Of a stretch of DNA of 64,000 nt, positions 42,530 through 50,165 are shown one piece after another. The notes below the pieces were generated by a model that saw only the letters and a program-made list of their open reading frames with translations, had not been told where the DNA came from and searched no databases. The number at the start of each line of letters is the position of its first letter. Positions within the stretch are counted from its first letter, which is position 1. Position numbers and translations under genes: made by a program. The stretch spans positions 636,068 through 700,067 of the forward strand of contig JAGWHD010000001.1 of assembly GCA_028866995.1 (NCBI GenBank). The letters are read 5' to 3'. This DNA is from Candidatus Micrarchaeota archaeon (GTDB taxonomy: Archaea; Micrarchaeota; Micrarchaeia; Micrarchaeales; CABMGC01).

Positions 42530-43471
42530 ATGGATACGTACCAATTTGCAGCAATAGCATTCTATGCCGTCATCGCGCTGCTTTCCGCTGACAGGATAAG
42601 GGGATACGGAAGGAAGCAGCTGGCATCGCTGCTATTCTTCGTCATCCTTGGCGCCGTAGTCTTCGTCGGCGAGTCGATCCCGCTGTACGGCATCGTCGAG
42701 CTTGAGATAGGCATACTGGTGTTCAGCTGCGTCCTCGGCTCAAGCATCCCGTCGCAGAGGCTGCTGTACCTGATGGCGGGCACAGCATACATCGCAGTGA
42801 ACATGTTCTCTTACACTAACTTCCTGCTGCAGTCCGTCCTCTTCGGCATGATCGGCTCGGTCATATACAAGGAGTCGGCGCGCACAGCGAATGTCGAGAA
42901 GAACAAGGAGGAGAAGCGCGATATACTCCACTTCCTTGTCGGCGTCCTCCTAATCGCTATCTTCTTCGCGTTCAGGGAGAGCGTCGCATCGATGATACTC
43001 ATGCTGCTCGTGGTCTTCATGACCTATGTCGTCGTGCTGTCCGAGACGTTCAAGAGGAATGCATTCTCCAGGTTCGTCTACAGCTTCGAGAGGAGGGGAA
43101 GCATACTGGGGCATGGCGCGATATGGCTGGCCATAGGCTCCATGCTCGTTGCGTCCTTCCTGTCCGGCCCTTTCGTCATCGCGGCGCTGATAGCGATATT
43201 CATAGGCGACCCGATAGCGACATTCGTGGGGCTAAGGCTGGGAGGCCCTCGCCTGCCGTACAACAGGAAGAAGACCGTATCAGGAACGGCCGCATACCTC
43301 TGCTCAACCCTCGCGCTCTCGTACCCGTTCATAGGGTACTACTCCGTGCCGCTGTCGCTGATAGCTGCGGCTGCAGAGGGCCTCGATGTCAAGATGGACG
43401 ACAACTTCACGGTTGCGCTAATACTCGTAATCGTAATACTGATCGCAAGGCACACTGGAATAGGGTACTAG
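42530..43471 (+). CDS. Dolichol/polyprenol kinase-like (CTP-dependent, cytidylyltransferase-fold) membrane protein
   Basis: C-terminal IGDPIATFVGLRLGGPRLPYNRKKTVSGTAAYL...AAAEGL pattern of the SEC59/DolK/phytol-kinase family. Confidence 0.55.
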   Translation: MDTYQFAAIAFYAVIALLSADRIRGYGRKQLASLLFFVILGAVVFVGESIPLYGIVELEIGILVFSCVLGSSIPSQRLLYLMAGTAYIAVNMFSYTNFLLQSVLFGMIGSVIYKESARTANVEKNKEEKRDILHFLVGVLLIAIFFAFRESVASMILMLLVVFMTYVVVLSETFKRNAFSRFVYSFERRGSILGHGAIWLAIGSMLVASFLSGPFVIAALIAIFIGDPIATFVGLRLGGPRLPYNRKKTVSGTAAYLCSTLALSYPFIGYYSVPLSLIAAAAEGLDVKMDDNFTVALILVIVILIARHTGIGY

Positions 43472-44871
43472 CCGAGCAGCACGAACGGCAGCACCCCTAG
43501 GACTACTGAGGCTGCGATGAGCAGCACCGCGCCGGCCATGACCTCCCTGTCTATGGCGTTGTAGGGCTCGGTGACCCTCGAGCTCCTGAAGAAGGTCGTC
43601 TCAGCCACCCAGAAGAGCGCAGCGCCGACTACCGCGAGGCCGAGCAGCGGCAGCAGCGAGACGAACTTGAATGTTGAGAACGATCCTATGAAGACGAGGA
43701 CATCCCCTACGAACCCTGCTGTCAGGGGCAGCCCGAGGAGCATGAAGGCCCCTGCGACGAAGAGGTACGCAAGCCACGGGAAGTTCCTGACGACGCCGCC
43801 TATCTTGCTTATCTCCATGGTCCCGTAGAGCTCGTCGAGCGTGCCAGCTATCAGGAAGAGGAGCGACACTGCTATGCCGTGCGCCAGCATCAGGAACAGC
43901 GCACCTGATACGCCTATCTGGCTGCCCGACGCAATCCCCATGCCTACTATCCCCATGTCGGTTATGCTCGTATATGCTATCATCCTCTTGATGTTGGTCT
44001 GCCTGAGGGTGAGTATCGCCGCGTATGTGGATGAGAGTATGAACAGGAGCGCCATGTGCAGAGCGTAGTGCCGTGCAAGCGGCAGCAGCAGGAACATGAG
44101 GAAGAGGCCGTAGCCTCCGAACTTGAGCAGCACCCCTGCCAGAATCATGCTTCCTGTGGTGGGAGCCTCTGTGTGCGCGTCAGGGAGCCACGTGTGCAAC
44201 GGGAACACGGGCATCTTTATCAGGAAGGAGCCAAGCATCAGCGCTATTATCGCGAGCTGCACCTCATTCGGTATCGAGTTCGCGAAGGTGCGCAGCTCCG
44301 AGATGCTGAATGTGTGGACTGATGAGCCAGTGTATATGAGTATTATCGCTATCAGAAGCATGAGGCTCGAGACTATTGAATAGAGTATGAACTTGAGCGA
44401 CGCGTACCTCCTGTTGAAGCCTCCGTACAGGAATATGATGAAGAACATCATGACCTCGCCGATCTCCCAGAAGAGGTAGAACAGGAAGAGGTTGCCCGAG
44501 AGGAAGACCCCGAGCGACGACCCCTCGGCAAGCAGGAAGATGATGCTGTATATCCTCTCGCGCTCCCGTATGAAGTACCTTCCGACAACCGATGCCGCGA
44601 GGAATACCACGCTCGTCATGACAGCGAGCATCAGCCCCGCGCTCGTGAGCCCGAACTCGAAGCCTATCCCTAGCTCCTTTATGTAGGCGCTGTTGAAGGA
44701 TAGCGAATCGAGGCCGTTCGCGTACGCGAGATACGCCATAAGCGCGACCAGCGCAAACGTGGCTATCGAAGCGCCGAGCGCGACATCATGGGCGCGCCTC
44801 CTGTCGAACACGAGCAGCGGGACTATCGCAGCGAGAGGCACAAGCACTATCAGGGGCAGTAGTGGCAGCAT
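43468..44871 (-). CDS. NuoM/ND4/MrpD-type proton-conducting antiporter-like subunit (orphan)
   Basis: FPLHTWLPDAHTEAPTTGSMILAGVLLKFGGYGL signature. About 14 TM. The ATG overlaps the upstream AAA gene's TGA (TGATG). An alternative GTG lies at 44874. Confidence 0.75.
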   Translation of the reverse strand: MLPLLPLIVLVPLAAIVPLLVFDRRRAHDVALGASIATFALVALMAYLAYANGLDSLSFNSAYIKELGIGFEFGLTSAGLMLAVMTSVVFLAASVVGRYFIRERERIYSIIFLLAEGSSLGVFLSGNLFLFYLFWEIGEVMMFFIIFLYGGFNRRYASLKFILYSIVSSLMLLIAIILIYTGSSVHTFSISELRTFANSIPNEVQLAIIALMLGSFLIKMPVFPLHTWLPDAHTEAPTTGSMILAGVLLKFGGYGLFLMFLLLPLARHYALHMALLFILSSTYAAILTLRQTNIKRMIAYTSITDMGIVGMGIASGSQIGVSGALFLMLAHGIAVSLLFLIAGTLDELYGTMEISKIGGVVRNFPWLAYLFVAGAFMLLGLPLTAGFVGDVLVFIGSFSTFKFVSLLPLLGLAVVGAALFWVAETTFFRSSRVTEPYNAIDREVMAGAVLLIAASVVLGVLPFVLLG

Positions 44872-47684
44872 CACTTACCCCCATGGAGCGCGAGGAAGTT
44901 TATGTACCTTCCAAGCACCGATTCAGGAGCGGATGGCCTTATCGTGTCAAGCGCCTTCAGCAGCTCCTTCATCGTTATCTTCGATTCCTGCGCCGTCGAC
45001 AGGTCCTTCTCGAGAGCTGACATCTTGCACTGCCTGCAGACGTTCGCGATGTCTGCGCCGGTGTATCCTACCGTCATGGAAGCCAGTTTCTCGAAATCGA
45101 CGTCGTCAGACAGCGCCACCTTCCTCAGATAATGCTTGAACAGCTGCTCCCTGTCATCCTTGCCCGGAGGCGCCACGAATATCAGCCTGTCGAACCTGCC
45201 TCCCCTGAGCATTGCTGAGTCGAGCTGGTCCGGCCTGTTCGTGACGCCGACGACCACTATGCCTGAGCTAGGCTTTATGCCGTCGAACTCCTGAAGGAAC
45301 TCCCCGACTATTCCTACTCCGAGCTCGCTTGCGCTGTCCCTTCCTGGCAGCAGCGCGTCTATCTCATCTATGAATACTATCGCAGGCGCGTTCTCCTTGG
45401 CCCTGTTGAACGTCTCCTTGACTGTGAAGACGGCACGCTCGAGCCCCAGCCTGCTGACGTCTGCTCCAGACAGTATCACCATGTGCACGTCTCCAAGCTC
45501 GTTGGCTATCGCGCGCATCAGCATCGTCTTTCCCGTTCCCGGAGGGCCGAACAGCAGTATGCCCTTGGTCTCCGGCACGTCGTACTTCTTGACGAGGTTC
45601 GGATGCAGTATCGGCACCTCGACAGCCTCGTACAGCGCCTTCTTCGCGCTCTCCAGCCCTATGACATCGTCTATGCTGATCGTGCTCTCGCGCCTGTCGA
45701 GCATCTCCGGATGGGTCCTCCTCTCGTAGTCCATCTTGAAGGTGTTGTACTGGTCTATCCTGGACAGCGACGTCGAGGGCTTCGTTATCTTTATGACGTT
45801 GAGCAGGTCGGCGGTGTTCATCTGCAGCACCTTCGCCTCCTTCACCGCCTCGTCCGCGACCTTCCTGGCAGCTTCCTCGCAGACGTTCTTTATGTCCGCT
45901 CCGGTGTACCTGTTCGTCAGCGAGGTCAGCTTGTCGAAGTCTACGCTCTTGCTGACTGGCAGGTTCCTGAGATAATGCCTGAAGATCTTCTCACGCCCGT
46001 CCTTGTCCGGCAATTCCATGTATATTATCTTGTCGAACCTCCCCGGCCTGAGTATGCTCGGGTCCAAAAGGTTGGGCACGTTGGTCGAGCCGACTATCAC
46101 GACCCCCTCTATCTTCTGGAACCCGTCCATCTCGCTGAGGAGCGTCGACAGCAGCTGCCTGTCCCCGGCGGCCGTCTGCAGCTCCCTGTTGCCCGCTATC
46201 CCGTCTATCTCGTCGAAGAAGAGGACCGCTGGAGCGTGCTTCTTCGCCGTCGCGAATATCCTCGAAAGGGTCTGGGAGCTCTCCCCCATGTAGGGCGAGA
46301 GCAGCGAGCTTGTCTTTACGTAGAAGAACCTCGCGCGCAGCTCGTTGGCTATCGCGCGCATCAGCATGGTCTTTCCCGTTCCCGGAGGGCCGAAGAGAAG
46401 GATTCCCTTCGCCGGCTTTATGTTGTAGGCTCCGGATATCTCCCTGTGCTCTATCGGCGCGAGTATCGCCTCGCGCAGCTCCTTCTTGGTCTCCTCATAA
46501 TCGGCAACGTCGTCCAAGGTTTCCCTTGAGCCGCTGGTCAGGTCCTCGAACGCCTCGCCGAACTTCCCCAGGAAGTCCTTCTTCATGACCTCCAGGGCCT
46601 TGACAACTCCTATGTTGTTGAACTCGAGGAAGAATATGACTATCGGCGCGGCTATGAACCCGAATACCACGAAATAGTCGAAGCTTGAGTTGGAGACGTA
46701 AGAGAGCACAGCGTAGTTGGCTAGCAGTATCACCGAGAAGAGGCTCGCAACGGTGCCCTTGTACGCGGACCTGCTGTTTATCACGTACATCGTCATGGCC
46801 GACACGACTACGAGCCACACGGCCATCTCGATGAGCCTGAGCGGGAGGTTGAAGATTACGGCAGATATGACAGCGTCGAAGGCGTTGTATATGTTGCTCG
46901 CGACATCCGGTTTCACCATGTCTCCGAACGCGCCTGAGACCGCATCGGGGAAGCCGAGGAGGCTTGAGATGCGCATCGAAGGGGCCATGAACTGCACTGC
47001 AGGGTTGGATGACATGGCGGCGTGCGCGGCCAATCCGTCATAGATGAACGGCCCGTTCAGCGCCACGCCAGTAACGCCGGACAGGATGCTCAGCATCACC
47101 AGTATCGCGACGACAGATATCATCGCCCTCCTGTAGCCTATGTACAGCACCCCGATTATGAATGCCGGGAGCTCGAGGAAGGAGCCCAGGAAGGAGAGCG
47201 GCAGCATCGACAGCGTGTATACGAACGTTATGCTCCTGTAGTGCTTGTAGCCCAGGAAGAGCGCCACGCTGATGAATAGCGTCATGACCCAGGCGAGCAG
47301 CGGCGCCTGGTACATGAACATGAGCAGGGTCTCGAACAGCAGCCCCATGAGGCCGAGAAGCGGCGAGAGCAGGGTCAGCACGAACGTGCCTATCAGCAAC
47401 GGTATCAGTATCACGTAAGGGAAGAAGGGGAACGCTATGGCTATGCTCGCAGCCGAGAAGACTATGGCCAGCGCGTCAGGGAAGTTCTCATGGCTCACGA
47501 ACTGCCTGAGCACGTCCTTGAGCCAGTAGAACGACAGGGGCACGTGCGTGTATCTCTGGTGCTTCTGCGGTGTCCCGTCAACATCCTCGGGCACCGAGCC
47601 TGCGGTCTCCTCACTCCCCGACAGCAGGTTGGGCATCTTCGCCTTGGGAGACGCTCTCCTACCATCAGCTCCTTTAGCAGGCAT
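44871..47684 (-). CDS. Membrane-anchored tandem AAA+ ATPase (Cdc48/VAT-like D1-D2 preceded by a ~390-aa polytopic membrane domain)
   Basis: 937 aa. About 8-10 hydrophobic helices in the N-terminal 390 aa. Two AAA modules, each with GILLFGPPGTGKTMLMRAIANEL (Walker A), FFDEID/FIDEID (Walker B) and second-region-of-homology-like RPGRFD/RGGRFD. Confidence 0.8.
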   Translation of the reverse strand: MPAKGADGRRASPKAKMPNLLSGSEETAGSVPEDVDGTPQKHQRYTHVPLSFYWLKDVLRQFVSHENFPDALAIVFSAASIAIAFPFFPYVILIPLLIGTFVLTLLSPLLGLMGLLFETLLMFMYQAPLLAWVMTLFISVALFLGYKHYRSITFVYTLSMLPLSFLGSFLELPAFIIGVLYIGYRRAMISVVAILVMLSILSGVTGVALNGPFIYDGLAAHAAMSSNPAVQFMAPSMRISSLLGFPDAVSGAFGDMVKPDVASNIYNAFDAVISAVIFNLPLRLIEMAVWLVVVSAMTMYVINSRSAYKGTVASLFSVILLANYAVLSYVSNSSFDYFVVFGFIAAPIVIFFLEFNNIGVVKALEVMKKDFLGKFGEAFEDLTSGSRETLDDVADYEETKKELREAILAPIEHREISGAYNIKPAKGILLFGPPGTGKTMLMRAIANELRARFFYVKTSSLLSPYMGESSQTLSRIFATAKKHAPAVLFFDEIDGIAGNRELQTAAGDRQLLSTLLSEMDGFQKIEGVVIVGSTNVPNLLDPSILRPGRFDKIIYMELPDKDGREKIFRHYLRNLPVSKSVDFDKLTSLTNRYTGADIKNVCEEAARKVADEAVKEAKVLQMNTADLLNVIKITKPSTSLSRIDQYNTFKMDYERRTHPEMLDRRESTISIDDVIGLESAKKALYEAVEVPILHPNLVKKYDVPETKGILLFGPPGTGKTMLMRAIANELGDVHMVILSGADVSRLGLERAVFTVKETFNRAKENAPAIVFIDEIDALLPGRDSASELGVGIVGEFLQEFDGIKPSSGIVVVGVTNRPDQLDSAMLRGGRFDRLIFVAPPGKDDREQLFKHYLRKVALSDDVDFEKLASMTVGYTGADIANVCRQCKMSALEKDLSTAQESKITMKELLKALDTIRPSAPESVLGRYINFLALHGGK
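45496..45551 (-). repeat. 56-nt intragenic repeat, copy in AAA module D2
   Basis: agctcgttggctatcgcgcgcatcagcatCgtctttcccgttcccggagggccgaa. One mismatch to 46339..46394. Confidence 0.9.
46339..46394 (-). repeat. 56-nt intragenic repeat, copy in AAA module D1
   Basis: agctcgttggctatcgcgcgcatcagcatGgtctttcccgttcccggagggccgaa. Confidence 0.9.
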
Positions 47685-47745
47685 ATGGATATTCTAGCGA
47701 TTGCATATATATAAATAATATTACACAATCTCTATAGTTGCTAAT

Positions 47746-47844
47746 CCCGTTGTAGCTCAATGGCTAGAGCGGCCGCCTGTAGTTCGTAGCAGCACTTACG
47801 TGTTGGAAAGCGGCAGGTTGGGTGTTCGACTCACCCCAACGGGA
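47746..47844 (+). tRNA. tRNA-Tyr (anticodon GTA) with a 26-nt canonical intron (47783..47808)
   Basis: Hand fold: acceptor CCCGTTG/CAACGGG (C1-G72, as expected for archaeal tRNA-Tyr), D arm GCTC/GAGC, anticodon stem GCCGC/GCGGC enclosing CTGTAG+26+A, T arm GGGTG-TTCGACT-CACCC, discriminator A. Confidence 0.8.
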
Positions 47845-47859
47845 CATAGGTGTTAACGC

Positions 47860-48309
47860 ATGGCTGAAAGCTGCCTGTTCTGCAGGATAGTCAACGGAGA
47901 GCTCCCTTCGTACAGGATATACGAGGACAAAAGGCACATCGCGTTCCTGGACATATTCCCCAACATCAAGGGGCAGACGCTTGTAATACCAAAGGGGCAC
48001 AGGGAGAGCTACGCGTTCGACATAGATGACGAAGAGCTCAAGGAGTTCATGATGGCCGTGAAAAGGGTGTCAAAGCAGATCGAGAGGAAGCTCAACGTGG
48101 GGAGGGTGCACATGGTGCTCGAAGGCACAGGGGTCAACCATCTCCACGCAAAGCTATATCCTGCGATAGGCACCGATAAGGGCTTCAAGGAGCACATTGC
48201 CAAGGAGAATGTCCACTTCGATTCCTATCCGGGATACGTAACTACGCTAATGGGCCCTCGCGCCGATGACAATTATCTCAAGGAGCTGCAGAAACTGCTC
48301 ACTGAATGA
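47860..48309 (+). CDS. HIT-family nucleotide hydrolase/transferase
   Basis: CLFCRIVNGELPSYRIYEDKRHIAFLDIFP and histidine-triad region GVNHLHAKLYP. 149 aa. Confidence 0.85.
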   Translation: MAESCLFCRIVNGELPSYRIYEDKRHIAFLDIFPNIKGQTLVIPKGHRESYAFDIDDEELKEFMMAVKRVSKQIERKLNVGRVHMVLEGTGVNHLHAKLYPAIGTDKGFKEHIAKENVHFDSYPGYVTTLMGPRADDNYLKELQKLLTE

Positions 48310-48339
48310 TGCTGTTAAAAGTGCCTATATGGTGCTTTA

Positions 48340-49080
48340 ATGAAACGATTAACCGCTTATCAAAGGATTATGATAAGGGAACTCGCCAAGACAGGCAGCC
48401 TGAATGAGATTTATACTCGTCTTTCCCTACCAAAATCAACCGTTCAGTATTGGTACAGCGATTACTCTAACTATGTTGCCCCGAAGAGTTTGCGATTTGA
48501 CCTAGGTTCTAACCTGTCAGTAGGTGAATTCATGGGTGCGTTTGCAGGCGATGGTAATTACACAAAAGACCGTGCATACAAGCACCAGATAAGGATTTAC
48601 ATAAACCGAGCAGACACTGGATACATAAACCATCTGAAAGGGCTTATGTTTTCTTTGTTCGGTAAAAATCCAAGCATCTTTATAGATACTAAAAAGAATG
48701 TGGCTGTGCTGCGTTTAGTCTCTGCGGATTTAATAGCGTTTATCCGGACATATCTCAGATGGGAGCATACAAAGACAAAAACAGTGCGATTGGCTCCTGG
48801 AGTAAAGAGAACCAAAGGTTTCATTACCGGTTTTCTAAAGGGGTTAATGGATACTGACGGATACATTAACAAGAAACAACATGTGGCGGTCTTCTCAACG
48901 ATATCCAGTAACCTGGCTAGGGATATAGGAACCTCATTAAGGGGACTTGGGATAAAGTATAATTGCTATAAGAACATTGATAAAAGACCAAATTATAATC
49001 CAATATTCAGGGTTGCTGTGCGACAAGATTTCCTAAAATTCATTAACATTATTAAGCCCTACCATGCAAATAACTTCTAG
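48340..49080 (+). CDS. Free-standing LAGLIDADG-type endonuclease with an N-terminal HTH
   Basis: Two dodecapeptide-like motifs: VGEFMGAFAGDGNY and ITGFLKGLMDTDGYI. N-terminal IMIRELAKTGSLNEIYTRLSLPKSTVQYW (HTH). AT-rich codon usage unlike its neighbours. Confidence 0.7.
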   Translation: MKRLTAYQRIMIRELAKTGSLNEIYTRLSLPKSTVQYWYSDYSNYVAPKSLRFDLGSNLSVGEFMGAFAGDGNYTKDRAYKHQIRIYINRADTGYINHLKGLMFSLFGKNPSIFIDTKKNVAVLRLVSADLIAFIRTYLRWEHTKTKTVRLAPGVKRTKGFITGFLKGLMDTDGYINKKQHVAVFSTISSNLARDIGTSLRGLGIKYNCYKNIDKRPNYNPIFRVAVRQDFLKFINIIKPYHANNF

Positions 49081-49082
49081 AT

Positions 49083-49209
49083 GCCTTGGTCGTCTAGTGG
49101 TTAGGATGCGAGCCTGTCAACACACTTGTTGTGTGGCAGGGCGCTTGCGAGTTTTTGTGAGTTTATTCACAAAGGCCAAGAAACCCGGGTCCGAATCCCG
49201 GCCAAGGCG
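49083..49209 (+). tRNA. tRNA-Asp (anticodon GTC) with two introns: ~22 nt at 37/38 and ~32 nt in the variable region
   Basis: Hand fold: acceptor GCCTTGG/CCAAGGC, D arm GTCT/GGAT, anticodon stem CGAGC/GCTTG enclosing CTGTCA+22+C. 37 nt lie between the anticodon stem and the T stem (4-5 expected), containing the hairpin TTTGTGA/TCACAAA. T arm CCGGG-TCCGAAT-CCCGG. Confidence 0.65.
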
Positions 49210-49268
49210 TCCTATTCTGAAAAACAAAAGACATTTAATAACATTATACGGAATGTATCCGTGATTGG

Positions 49269-50066
49269 GTGGCAAACAACCTAATGGTAGCTGGAATAGC
49301 TATCGTAATAGTAGTGGTGGCAGCGGGAGCGTTTTTGTACACATCCTCTAGCTCTTCTGGAGGGCTCCATTCTGGAACCAACGGCAACGCGGCCTCGACC
49401 GGAACAACAGGATCGGGAAATGGGGCCCAGGCAAGCACGACCATGCTGCAGACAGGGGCCCAAGGCTCAACAGCAGCAAACGCAAGCGCTGCAGGAGCAG
49501 GCAGCAGTCCGTCTGGAACCCAGCAGCAGTCCTCAGGGACGCTCTCAGGATATCAGCCGGCGCAGTGCGGCTCCGGCAATTCGTGCGTAAGCAACAGCGA
49601 AGCTGTGTCGCTCATAGGCTCAGGCGGCAACTACCAGTCAGGCTATCTCCCTGACTTCGCATCATCGATGGCCAAGGCCGAGGCTGTAAGTGGAGGGAAC
49701 TACAGCGACTACGTTTACACAAACAACATAACCTCGTTGTACGTCGTAGTGTACAATTTCACCCCGACGAACAGCTCTCCGCAGGCATACCTCAAGGCAA
49801 AGTCCCTGATCGAGACAGTATTCGTATCGCCCCATCCGAAGGCGCTGTACGACTACAACCTCAACCAGAGCTTCGGGTACTTCAACGTGACCAACGCGAC
49901 GCTCAACGGTCTGACATACTCGTATCTGGGCTCGAACGGCCAGTACGGCTTCAGCTCGTCAGAGCTCATAGGCTATAAGAACGGCGAGTTCGTGTCGTTC
50001 ATATCGCCCAACGCGTACATAGACCCTACGACCCTCGCGACTGTGGTATCCAAGGACATGCCGTAA
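49269..50066 (+). CDS. Membrane-anchored or secreted protein with a Gly/Ser/Thr/Ala-rich linker
   Basis: N-terminal TM LMVAGIAIVIVVVAAGAFLY, about 90 aa of low-complexity region, then a ~150-aa domain with several N-x-S/T sequons. Start is GTG 49269 or ATG 49284. Confidence 0.5.
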   Translation: MANNLMVAGIAIVIVVVAAGAFLYTSSSSSGGLHSGTNGNAASTGTTGSGNGAQASTTMLQTGAQGSTAANASAAGAGSSPSGTQQQSSGTLSGYQPAQCGSGNSCVSNSEAVSLIGSGGNYQSGYLPDFASSMAKAEAVSGGNYSDYVYTNNITSLYVVVYNFTPTNSSPQAYLKAKSLIETVFVSPHPKALYDYNLNQSFGYFNVTNATLNGLTYSYLGSNGQYGFSSSELIGYKNGEFVSFISPNAYIDPTTLATVVSKDMP

Positions 50067-50165
50067 CGCGCCAAATAGCGCTTGCGGCGCGCTAAAAGCC
50101 CTAGCGATAGCAAGGAACATGCAAGGCCGCGTTACATTTAAAACCTTGAACGCTGAGAGTAATCC

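Noticed and set aside
50067-50100. GC-rich inverted repeat cgcgcc-N13-ggcgcg just after the stop of the 49269..50066 gene, considered as a possible terminator hairpin.
   Set aside because: Archaeal termination generally relies on oligo-T tracts, and none follows. A 6-bp stem with a 13-nt loop is weak evidence.
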